Positions 1 to 13,100 of a stretch of 64,000 nucleotides of DNA are shown one piece after another. The position numbers were made by a program, and so were the translations under genes. This stretch comes from Saccostrea cucullata (Eukaryota), in NCBI RefSeq assembly GCF_032062105.1, contig NW_026926577.1, forward strand, positions 186,001 to 250,000, written 5' to 3'. How positions within the stretch are numbered: the stretch's first letter is position 1; each line of letters opens with the position of its first letter. The notes beneath the pieces are model-generated. The model saw only the letters and a list, made by a program, of their open reading frames with translations, searched no databases and was not told the origin of the DNA.

Positions 1-3000
1 CCCACACTTCTACATATAGATCTTTGATGTTTCAGTCCTGTAAGATCCACATCATTGTTTCTATTACAGAACAACAGGAATGTACATTACTCTAAGTAGG
101 GGAACTTTTCATTCATCTGTTCACACAAGTGTGAAAGGTGATACCAGCCTCTCTCCTCATCACTAGCAGTAATGTGACCGATGTGTAACTAATGACAGGA
201 ATATTATTCCCAGTACCAGATCATAAGCCAATTAGCAATAATTACCAGACAATAAAACAAAATCTCATTGATAGCACACAAACCTCTCCTCCATGGGGTG
301 TTTCATTTACACAGTATGATTTGTCAGACATGAAGTTCATTAATATTTCCCTCTAAATTTTTTTGTTTACATTTCACAAGAGAGATGATAGTTTTATAGT
401 CATTTGTGCAATTAGCAATAATTACCAGACAATAAAACAAACATCTCATTGATAGCATCAGTGGAATCAAACACTGTAACACAACACAAGGTCTGCCCTG
501 TCATGTTTATCCTTCATAACCAAGTGACACTGTTAATTACCTACAAAAGCCCACAGCATCATGTACCAAAGCCATAGGGCTCTCACAGCATCAAGTAACC
601 CTTGCCAGAAGGCTAAGTTCTGCCAGCTTGCATAAAGGTTTCTTTGCTGTTTCCTGCATCTTCATCAAGAAAGCTTGTCTTCACTTTGCCAACATGATAC
701 AGCTATATTGCTTCCAATCCTACCAATTCCCTGGAGCAGCCCAAACACTTTCTCCCTTCTGATAACTTTTTTCCTCTCCCTGATAAACCTTCCAAATACA
801 ACAGACTGAGAACCCGACATCTTACTTTTCTCCGCTACTTATAATAGACATTGTTCATTCCTTTTTACAACATTCCGAGGGTATCAAGGCCAGGAATATT
901 TTCACATTGCCAAGATCTTTGTGGCAATAAATACTATTTCTATTCTCTTACAAACTACCTTAACATTATGGCAGTCTATCTTCCCTCTACTATCTGATAA
1001 GTATTGAAGTCTCCATAGATTACTTCAATCTGTTTGATTAATTCTCTGGAAATCTGGGCATTTCTACAGACTATATGATACCTCCAAGACTAATATACAA
1101 GTATTTCATTAGGAATACTTTATCAAGTTGGGTTAACATACTGTGGGCTCATTATTTTTCATGAAAATCAGAAGCAAGTCATTTCCATTTGTCCAGAAAA
1201 GGTTGAAGACACAGAAGTTGTATTGATATTGCATGTAATCTGCTGTTGCATTATACATTAATTGACATCTTGTATTTAGCAAGCCAATTCGATTAGAGTT
1301 TTATTCCACAATTAGATCCAACCAACCTGCTGTCCATTAACCTTAGGTCCAATATGGAAACCATTAGTTGCCCTCTCAGAAATTAAATGGACAATACCCC
1401 CTGAACTTTAACAAAAAGTTTCACACCATAAGTCACAAGCCATTACCAAGAAACAATACCCAGATCCTTACAGACCAACACATTAAAGATATAGGAACAT
1501 TACAGCCCAATAAAACTACGGAAGCTAGTTCCTGATGGCCTTGTGGCGATGTCCAATCTTATATTGATCAGGAGATTAACACTGAATAGTCTGTCTATAT
1601 TTCTTAGATCAGTGTCTATCACATTAAATCTACATGTGTTTTTCATAAAAAATCAGCCTTCATGATCAGGAAAAAATTCATGACAAATGTTTCACACCTT
1701 GACCGCTAATGATAAAGTATTGATGAATGTGATCAAGTAATTATTTTAATGCGGCACAAAAAAAGTTCCTTGTATCAATATCTGTCGGTAGTCAATGTTT
1801 ACAGAGTCAATCTTATAAATAGCACACCTTAATGAAGGCAAACAGAGTTCTAAATAAAGTGCTGACGATATAAGGCCTTGTTATGATAATACGTAAATTT
1901 GTCGTGAACAGCTCTGCCAGCTGCTTCCAGTGAAGATTTTTTGTAACTGAGGTTATATCTCTGGTTGTATCTCTTCATAAGCCGTGTCAGATCACACCGT
2001 TTTATCAGACTCCTCACAGCTGAGGTAAGGTTTTGGTAGATCCGTCAGACAGTGGGCAGTTTCTATCAGTGAAGCTGACACATGCCCCTGGTCACTGGTA
2101 ATAATGGTTACCTGTTTGTTATAAATCATTGCAGAAGTACCTATCTCCAGCAGCAGATAGCGGCCTCCTCAGCAGGAAGTCTGCGGAGGTTCACAGCTTA
2201 TCAGTAGCAAAAAACACCAAGACCTGTTGTGATTTATTGTAAAATGAATTTTAATTGAATTTCAATCAGGACTTTAAAAAATCAAACTTTAATTTTCAGA
2301 AAAAGGCCTGTCAACTATGTGTGGGAAATCTGTCCTGACCAGTGAATTTAATTGAAAACATTAGCTTGGACCATTCTTTGAGTGTGAACCACTGGAGATT
2401 AATTCTTCATCTGCTACAATAGTGTTATGTCATAGTGGTCATTTCTGCTGACCAAAGGATCACAAGCCATAAGCTTCCGTGTTAGGTTCCCTGTGGACTG
2501 AGTATAGGGGACCAATAGCCAGTGGTGACAAAGTTGCGACTGGTGTTCACACCTCAGGAGGAAACGAGCTACCCCTGCTGGTAAGAGTGGGCGAGTTGTG
2601 AAAGTCACGACAACTAATCCAGCACAAATACATCCATCTCCAAAAATCATTACTACACATGGAAAAGTGATCAAACACAGTGTACCTGTACTAGCTGCTA
2701 TATACTGAGTATCAACTTTAAAGGCCAGCTGCATTAACTCAAGTAAGTGGGTTTTCATTTTTGGAGGGGTCAGCATTTAATAGTTATGAAAATGATTGAG
2801 AATATATGACCTAGCTGTCCTCAATTTATGAGGAAATTAAGTAATACAAATTATCAGTGTCATTCAGGTAACATTTTTTTATGGAAAAAATTGTTAGATA
2901 ACCCAAGACTCTGACTTTTTATTGGTATATGGTCAATTGACATAAGTAGGTGGGTTGTGGATTTTGATGAAGTTAACATTTAGAAAGTAAGAAAATGGTT

Positions 3001-4264
3001 ACAAAAAAAATCACCTGTCCTAAATTTATGAGGAAATTATGTAATAGAAATAAAAAACATTTTCTACATATAAAAATTGTTGGATGACCCAGTTGTAAAG
3101 CTCAAAATTTTAAAAAATCAGACTAAAACTGAAAACTCAAGATTCAGTCTTTTTACAAGTAAGAGGGTCAATTAAGTGATGCTTGAGTGAATAGATAATT
3201 AGCAAACAATGACAATGACCACTTGACCATAACTGAATAATAACCAGATTGGATGGATTAATTTTCTGCAGTGATAATGAATAGGTCACCAATTAACCTG
3301 GATTTTTTTTACCCAGAGAAGTAAAATATGTCAGGTGTATATGCCATTTGTTCCCCAGAGATTTATTAATGTCACTTAATGATTTTATATAAAAGTCTCC
3401 TAAGCAAGATAATTCAAGCACCTGGCATAGGTTGTATGGACTGATTTAGTATGCCTAAAGTTCTGGGCCTGTAGAATATAAAGCATATGTAAGCATGTAT
3501 TTGTAACTTATTCTGACTTTGTATATTATCTAAGATAATCTTATAAAATTTATGATTATTATTAATGATTGGTTATGATAAACTGTTGTATCATTAATCT
3601 AATCAATATCTATTTTTTGTAACATGACTGTTAATATTTCAGTAAGACTCAGTATTGGCCCAGGCGTAGTGGGAGTTCTAAGCAGTCGTAAACGACATGC
3701 ACAGGAAACTGGCCAATGACAAAACACATCATCGGGAGGCAGTGGTCACGGTTCAGTGAGCTCCTAAACACCCCACCAAACAATCGCAACTGTCGATATT
3801 AATCAGTGGACATAATCAGAGCTAGCACCCCCAGCAAAACTATTGTAATCCTAGGAATTTACTCCGCAAGGTTAAATTGACTGCAAGAGGCAAACAATTG
3901 GGCACCGGAGCTCCTCAAGTTCACAATTTATCAAACTTTTCTCACAAGCTCATCTAACCCTTGTGATCAGAAGATTTTTGCATTCAATATGATCTTTTAT
4001 GCAAGTCATTGACAAAAATATAATAAATTGTGCTACTGGAAAAAATTCTCAGAGCTGAATCGAGCCAGCACAGAGGAGGGTGTAAAGACATCAAACGGCG
4101 GCACTGATTGTTTGTAAACAAAAGGCGATTCGTAACAATCGGAACTAATAGACAAAAAATAATAATGGAAACATTACACAATATATAATTTAACAATGCA
4201 CCAGTATATTTGAAGATTATAATAATTATTATTGAGCTAGGAGTTCAAAAACAGTGTGTTAGCT

Positions 4265-7160
4265 ATGAAGCTGCAAGGACCTCCGATTATAGTGCTTTAC
4301 GGATTTTTAACGGTGAGTGTGGCATCAAATATGGAGGAAAAAATAACAATGGATTACAGAGACATTGGAAAGTTGGAAAAGACACAACAAATTCCTTCAA
4401 ATTGTGAAGAGGATTTCGCTTCTCAGATCCTGCATTGCATTGAGCCATTTTCTCGTAAAGTCAAACAATACACTCACATCAAACCAGAGAACCCATTTGT
4501 TTACCAAATTTTCGTCAAGCATGCTTGCAGGTAAGAATTTTTTTTTTTTTTGTAATTTTAATGAAACTGGCAAATTTCCTTCTTTGTCAACTCTTTCTAT
4601 TCCTTTCAAATTTTTTTCAATTAAGAGCAGTCCTATTAAAAAAAATTCAATACTGATCAAAATAAATAAATAAGAAAATCTGTAAATTGATGCATAAAAA
4701 ATCCTATTTTAAGTACAATTTTTCAATGATAAGAAATGGTATAAAGAAAAATACCCGAATATTTAATTCATATGAAGTTGCAGATATTGTACTTAATTTT
4801 TAATGGTAATTTTACTTACATTGATTTTCTTTAAAATTCAAATTAATATAATAAAAAAAAAATGAAAGGGCAGGTTAAATATCTTGAATATCATTCCACA
4901 AAGTCTTTCAGTTGTGTAAAATAATGGATTTACTGCATGATCAATTAGTTTCATAATATCTTTTTCAGAATATCTCCATTTTTCTTTCTCTCTTTTTTAG
5001 GGGTTGTAGCTTGTAAAATTGAAACCATTAGCAGCTGTGCAATGAAGTGTGTAAATGTTTATGGTTGATTACACTTATGTCTTTCTGTTAATGAGTGCGG
5101 GTTAAGACTGTACGATCTTCATTATCCCTGAGTAATTATTACAGTGTGCTGAGCTACATTCAGGAGAAATATTAAGGGTGTCTGAAATTCAGCATGTCCG
5201 TCTCATCAAATATTCAAAATATAATATTAAAAAAAAAAGCTACAACAGCTGCATAATGCATCTCGGGAAAACAAAGGTTACATAGAAAATCAATTTACCA
5301 GCCCCTGACACTTAAAAAACCACTTACGCTCCTCAAAACCCTCATTTGAATAACAAGCATTCAAAATTAAAACTCTTATCTGCAGAAAAGCTAGCATCTT
5401 TCAAGAATCGAACTCAATTTTGCCTAAGTATGACACATCATTAAAATTTCATGCCCTAAGTTGCAATTATTTTTGATGGGTAGATTTTAATTGAAAAATG
5501 TGTTGATTCTGAACAAGATAATCTGTCCACATCACACAGAAACCTGATCTTCAAAAATTTTCACTTTCATTTTTTTTTTTGAGAAAATATGATAGCATAT
5601 AAAAGACTAAAGAAACACATAGAACACAAAAGAAATGGAAATTGCAATAGGAGACTTTTATGCAAAATTCTTTTGAATAGATTCCAAAGAATTTTTGACA
5701 AAATAATTTTTCTCTACGTTGGCTAAATGTTAACAAATTTAGATCATGCCATCTTCATGCAACCAATATACATAGACGATAAATTAAAAAAAAATGAAAA
5801 ATGCCTAGTTCAGTCAATTAGATTAATATATTGATGTTGCATATGAACCTGTCCACTAATAAAGAAAACTGAAACTTAGAACTTGAGGCTGATTGAAACT
5901 TGATCAGTAGACCTTATTGATGAGGGAGAGATAGAGAGTTCTGCTATCATTAGTTTAAGAATAGCAGCTGATTTCATATTGACCCATGATGGTAACTGAG
6001 TCACATGTAATTAGATGCATTCATAACATCCCTGCCTCCGCCTCACTCAAAACAATCACAGCAAGCTAATAGCAGCTAATTTCCCCTCTTTCGGAAGACT
6101 AACATGAAGAAATTGACAACCTTTGAATTCCAAAATTATTGGTCACACAAATGAAACAAGAATGTAGCACTAGAAATAGAAAAGCAAACTATTGTAAAGC
6201 TATTTTAGTTTTGTGTTCTTTTGATATCGAGGGGGGAAAATTGAGCTGTTAATACTTTGCTACGATTTTGGCGCGTGCGATGTCGTCATTAAACATTCCT
6301 ACCCACTGATGTCTTCATCACATTCTCTTCTAAATCTAGGAATTTTTTTTTCATTAATTATAGACTATCATCTTTATCTTCAAGTACTTCCTGTTTAGGT
6401 GCAACTATATTTAATTCATGCAATTTGCTGCACCCATAAGAGATAAAGAATTTTAAATTTCAAGATAATGAAATGGGTTTACATTTCCTTCAACCTTTTT
6501 TTCTTTTATTTTAGGAAATACAAGAAGATGCTGTTGTGCGTTCACACATATCTGACCAACTGTCCAACACAGTCAAGTTACAGCACTGTTCAGAAAAGTT
6601 TGGACCAGGCCTGGGTTCCTATGGTTAATCAGATGTGTAAAATAAACACTAACTCCTCCAAAGACATTGCATCAAATGTGGACCAAACACAGGGCAAAAA
6701 TAAAGCTAGTGTCTCAACAGAACAGTCCCCCCTTTACCAAATACAGAACGATTTCCCAGTAAGGGAGGGGGCATCATCCCCTCATTCAGGGGAATTCCAG
6801 GGAAGTATTAGTGTTATCACATTCTTGGATAGAATAGTCTTGCCAAAAATAGATATGGACTCTCCAGTACCTGTTATTTTAAATTCCAAAGACCAAATAA
6901 CAAAAGGACAAATTTCCAGTAAAGTGTCTGGTAAAAGAATTTCCAAAGACTATCATGACTTAGTGAGAGGGAGAAATCTACTTCATTGGATGTATATTGT
7001 GATTGGGAATAATGACTCTCAAAATAAACTCCAGTATTACACAGATTCAAACAGGGATAACCAAGGGGAAGTAACTCTGTCACAGAAATCCTCAGCCAGT
7101 CATGTGATACTCAGTGTGCTGTGTGTTTGGCTGGTACTCCTTGTGGTACCGTTTCTCTGA
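4265..7160 (+). CDS. Two-exon predicted secreted/GPI-anchored six-cysteine protein (neuritin/DUF19-like cysteine pattern), ~303 aa; exons 4265-4530 and 6515-7160
   Basis: ATG at 4265 starts a hydrophobic signal-like segment (MKLQGPPIIVLYGFLTVSVAS). The donor AG|GTAAG at 4530 and the polypyrimidine acceptor TTAG|G at 6514 join in phase 2 (HACR|KYKK). Cysteine spacing is C-x10-C-x29-C-x8-C-x7-C-x24-C. The protein ends in a hydrophobic tail (SSASHVILSVLCVWLVLLVVPFL*) with no cytoplasmic residues. Confidence 0.75.
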
Positions 7161-10106
7161 TTATCTCCCTTAGCACTTCCAGGTCATCAGATTGGTTTCC
7201 TGTGTTACAGACAATAGAACATGGCAATATGTGCAATAGGTTATAACACGTGTTGTTCTCTGTCTGACTGATAGAGATCAGCGGTAACAGACAGTGAATG
7301 GGATCTGTTGGGGGGTAAAAAACCGTGTTACCGTACACACAGTTGACTCTTCATCAAGCTCCATATATCATCATAAAAATGGCTCATTTCTCCCATATTT
7401 TTTCTTCGGACCTGTCTGTGATGAATTAATGATACTCCTCTTGCATCTTTTGTTTTTTTGTCCCTCCTGTGGTTTTATTGTGCAGGGTATTGGAGGAAAA
7501 AAGTATTATATTTATAAAAAAATATTGTACATAGTGTTGTATATACGTAAATGTAAAGATAAAATAAAAAAAATCATGTTCCATTCACTTGATGTTTTTA
7601 CTTCTTTCAACTTATCAAGGCCAAGATCGATATCAAGTTTTTAGAAACAAATGGTGTCAGAGTTTTATCCATTTCTCAAATTATGCAGGTAACCTATAAT
7701 ATTTTCTCCATTTATTTTTTGGCTACATATTGGAAGAACTATCCAATGATAGAGAGAGCTGAACTAAGACATTTCCAATATATGATCAAATGAGTCATAT
7801 ATCAGAATGCATTTGTATATTTGTTTTGGGTTATATACAACCACCACCATCATAACAGAATCGGTCTGTACATGTATCTTTACTCTGTCCCTCTTGCCAA
7901 ACATAAAGTGTGAGAAATCACTGAGATTCTCAAAAAACCTCAAAGATCAGCCGTGTGTTATTGAACATACTAATGAAGACTCGAGCTTTACAGCTCCAAC
8001 AGAAATTGATGGGGAGGAAAGAGACAACATTACATGGCAAACAATCAAATCAATCAGAATGGCTAGACTCGCAAGACCTGGCATGTTTTAAAATCATCAA
8101 AAGGGATCAAATCCCACACAGTAACGGTGTAGGAGGATCCAATGCTTGTAAGCTCTTCACCTCATACCCAAACTATGTGCGAAACTTTTCATACAATGTA
8201 ACTAAAATTCTCAATGCTAAGTTAAGTACATGTATACTATTACAATCCTGAAATTCTCCAGAAATGATGCAAAATCAACATCACTTTTTAATTATGATGT
8301 GAAAGATGTTTTGAAATTACAAGCAAACTTTCCATAATCCACTCATAACTCATTGAGATTTTTTCTCCCTGACGTACAAAGAATCATATACAAATGACTT
8401 AACTATGGATATGCTCTAGAATACGTATCCATTTCAAATATATAACTCTTCATCTTTCAGATGAAAAATATTAATTAGAATTCTAAATAGATGGAAAAGT
8501 CAAAGTTTAACCTACATGACCTATGGTAACAATCCTTCAAACTATGCAAAAAAAAAAAAAAGTGATATTATGATAATTTTCCTGGAATACTAGAGATCTG
8601 TATAAATTTCAGTAGATAGAAAGTTTGAATCATCATTAAATATTGGAAAGACATCAAAAGAACCTATAGACAAAACAGGTGTTAATTCTATTCCTCTCAA
8701 TAAAAGAGATTTTTTTTTAAAATGCAAAAGTATGTTCAGCCAGGAAAGATGAGAGGTATTTATGATTAGATTGTTCCTAAGCACATTTTTTAAAGTGGCG
8801 GAATTTTCTTACGTCCAAGAAATGAGGAAATGACACGCCCCTTTTCTGTCATTCCTCAGTCTGCGATACAGACAGGCGACTGGCAGCTTTCTGCTGAGGG
8901 TCTCAACAACTGCCGCAGTTGGCAACCAACTGCTCTCCCTGCCACTCATTATGTCAGACAGATACGCTATGCAGGCGATTTTTTTTCGGGGATGGAAATG
9001 CATTCAGACAATACATCAAAGATTGCCACTTTCCCCCCATTCATTGTTTCTGCTGAATAAACACTCCACACGAACCAGGAATCCAATTCATAGATTTTTT
9101 ATGGAATATGGAGCAAATTAACAATTTTTATAGAATCTGAACTCATTTTTTTGCAGATCCATAAAGGATTTAAAATCTTTCCTGCTGATATTATCTTACA
9201 CACATGTTAATAATACCAAATATTTTTTTGTATTGACGTTATATTACTGCATTGAAAGGGAGACAACTCCTATATACTTGTTAGGTTATGTCATGGAGTA
9301 CTACGTCTCAGGAAATGTAAGAATGTATGTAGCATTCTCTGCATTTCTTTTGTATCTTTCTGACACTTCAACATCTGGATCTCTTGATTCTTAATCCGAA
9401 TTTATCAACTGTGTAAAGCATACTACTTATCACCTTTATGAAGATTCTTTTTCCAAATCAAACTTATCATCTTAAGCAACAATTGCTTTTCAATGCACTG
9501 GCAGTATAAATAGAAAGGAAAATTCTTGATTACCAAACAGTAATAATATACAGTATTTTGTGATAGGAGAATTAATGTGCCCTAGTGTTGCTTACTCTTC
9601 TGAATCTTTACAACTATTCAACAGAAATAAATCATCTGAATTTTACTGAAGCTCAAGTAACACAAGGTGTCTTATTAAAACATGAGTGGAACTTTGGTTC
9701 AGATTCCAAGACTTGTTAAGTATACTGTAGAAGCACAAATTTTCGTGGGAATAAAATTTCGTTGATTTGTCTTCAAAAAAAGCTTCGTGGGCATTAAATT
9801 TTGTTGTTTTAAAAGACAATATATAGTCAAATATATATAATAATTGTATAATTTATCCCCAAGAATATTTGTGCTTTTACAGTATATAATATATAGTTAG
9901 TTTTTGAATGGAGCAAATAGCAGAATGTTCCATTCATTTATCACTCCTCATACATCAACATTCAACACTAAATGAATGTCATGCTATTTCTTATTAATTT
10001 CAAGAATTTTAAGATTTACGAAGGAAAAAAAGGACCTTTAATCTTTAACCCCTATAAAACCTTTGTGTATGGCCGCCATGTTAGTTATGAGTATATTTAG
10101 ACTTAC

Positions 10107-13100
10107 CCTGGCCTCAATGATGTCAGGAATAGCCGGTAAGAAGTCCTCCACAATACATTTATAAAGGTCACGCTCACATTTGACCTTGCTATCCTTCAGC
10201 GACTCCGCTAACCCTTCCCAGTCATCCATATCCACACAGATCAGGTGCCAGCGAACATTTGGATTCAGTGGTCTCTTTGGGTAGGGCTGGCGTTCTTTTT
10301 TCTCAGTGACCTCCATCTTTGGAGTCATTTTATCAGTCCCTTCACTGTAAAAAAAAAGGTTTCTCTTCTTAAGTTCGGTTTATATTAAAAGATACGTTAA
10401 GTAGTCAGAGTATGCAGTAGATTATGCTCATACTCAAGTCCATGTGACCTTAAATAAAAATACTGTAAATCACTTTTTATTCGCGAGAACTTTATTTTCG
10501 CGTAATTACGCAAGACGATATGCTTGCGAAAATTTAATTCTCGCGTATGATTGAATTCCTTAAGATTATATAGAGCAACGACCACAATTCGTGAAAATTT
10601 TGTCTCGCTAATAAAGAGTCAATGACTATCTCGCGAAAATAAAGTGTCGCGAAAATTAAGTGATCTACAGTATTTGTTTGTTGTATTATTTTGTGTGTCC
10701 TCAACAAAGAATTTTTAATTAATACCTCACACATTCGAATTTCTTGAGAGAGAGTGAAGGAAAGAGAGATGATGTTCATTGATAGCCCCGCCTCTTATTA
10801 ACAATTATTAGATAAACTAAAAACTATGCTGGGTGGACGTTGTTTTCAGGAAGGTGACGCTAAATCATGACACTAAGGCATTGTTTATGTATAAATTATC
10901 TACCTAATATAGTCCTGTATTTGTACATCATGCTATTATTAATAAAACTTATAAACATTTTGAACTCAATTTATTTACAACTTGGTAGAGAAATTGCAAA
11001 AAGACTAAATATAGGGCATTACATCCACTCATTTTTTTACTCTTTACGTTTACAGCATTTTACAACAAAACAGTATAAAGACCACACATCTTTCCATACC
11101 TGACGTGACTGTTGCTGTCAGCCGTGGCTCGAGCTCGCAGTTTCCTTGGAATCTCCTTTATATCTTCACCATCCAGAGTTGTCTCCTCCTTGATATCCTC
11201 CATGAACTCTGACCTAGTGTCATCCTTATCTTCATCTTGTTCATCTGCCTCCTCCTCCTCTCCATTTTCCTTTTCAATCTCTGTGCTTTCTGGTTCATTT
11301 TCCCTGAAAGAATACAATTGGCCATTTCTTAAGTTTTCACACACGTTTATACAAAGTACATTAATAGAATTCTTAAAGCTCTTAGCAGAACTGATAAACT
11401 ACCGTATATACTCGCCTATAAGTCGGTATTTTGGGAGTTAAATTTTGGTTCAAAACTCTATGTCCGAACTTATAAGCGAGTCATAAATATACAAGTTTTT
11501 CTGGACAGTGAAAAGTAGCACTTTATATATGTTTCCGACGATTAGTGAAGAACAATGTCCATATATGTATAACCATTTATGCATTCAAATATTATACATA
11601 AAGTACAGGTATTAACTAAATTAAATAGTGTTATTTTTATCTTAACTCTGCATTTCGAGCTTATATGTTTAATGATCCAAAATTAAATATTGGCGTTATT
11701 TCAAAAAAATATTAATGGAAACCAAGTAAAACCATCAAAGCATTGATTTAAAATGTCAAAAGGTTTTGGCAAAGAGTTTTACCGACTTATAAGCGGGTCA
11801 ATAACAAATCCCTCCAAATTAACCTTAAAATATACAACCGACTTACAGGCGAGTATATACGGTAGAAAATTTTTCCATAATTTGCAAACACTTCATCCTC
11901 TTTTTCCATATTTCTCCTCAGAGAACATGGAAATAGTAAAATTCTTACTGTATACAGGATAATTTCCACCCCCATTTCATTTTCGCCTCTTTCATCCTTG
12001 ACACAAGTGAGTGGGCAAATTTTTAATGGGCAAATTTAAAGAACACAATAAAAATTCTTTAACAGAACTCTGACTGGGCAAAATTAAAGCAGGGTAAAAT
12101 TGATAGCAAGTGTAGAAGGGCGAAAATAACAAGGGACAAAAATAAGCCTGTATGCAGTATTAATATTTAAAATTAAAAATTATTATGCATTTGGCCTCTT
12201 ACCCATTTTCTTGAGGAATACTCTTCTCCTTCTTTTCTATCTCCTCTTTGCCCTCTGATTTCTCTTCAGCAGCAGGATCTTCAGTGTCTTCCTTGATTTC
12301 CAGTTTATCTTGACTATTTTCTTCTTTACTGCATTTGTTTTCATTGCTGCAATATATTATAGTCTTTTTAAAAGTTTGAATATAACCCATACATGTCCCT
12401 CAGTAAAATAATCTTAGTAAAATCACCTAGCTTATGTTGAAGAAACAGATAAGATTTCTTTATATCTCTGACTGAAAATACTTAACAATTACTTATGGAT
12501 TCAATGAATTTAGTGCATTTTTTCCATGGAGAAACCTGTTAATTTTAAAAATTGAATATATCATGCTATTTTGCAATTGTTTTCTTAAATATCTTGATGT
12601 GACAAGATACTTTTTCTTCACCATACACAACTTTACAGACAGACATAGTAATTACAAATCTCCTTTCCCTTTTCCTGACACTCAGTTGAGAGGTTTTTTT
12701 TTTTTTAAATATTTCACCTGAAAACAAAACAATATATTTTGACATGTTTAACTGTACCTGTCATCTCCGTTCTGTAAATCAGCTGACAGACTGTTTGCTG
12801 TTTCAGGATCCTTTTCAAGTGTCTTAAGTGCCCTAAAAATTAAACAAAACTTAAGACCCTCAACAAATTGATATAGCAAATCACACAATTTTTCAACAAA
12901 AATATATAGCAAAATTTATCAATTATCATCAGATTTTTGCAAAAACCTATATAAAAACTTTAGCTAGCAGTAAAAAGCTGAAACCTTTTTTTTCAGTTTA
13001 CCCTTACATGTTAACTCTACCGATTTAGACGGGAGTCTACCGCTTTTTCACTCAATCTCCCGCCTACCGATTTAATTCAGAAATCTACCGCTTTTCTACA

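Noticed and set aside
2414-2776. 120-aa minus-strand ORF as a downstream CECR2 exon or separate gene
   Set aside because: No recognisable motif, no convincing splice signals and no bromodomain similarity.
5001-5016. Alternative terminal exon for the nested gene at the strong acceptor at 5000
   Set aside because: It would stop after four codons and truncate the cysteine module; there is no support beyond the pyrimidine tract.
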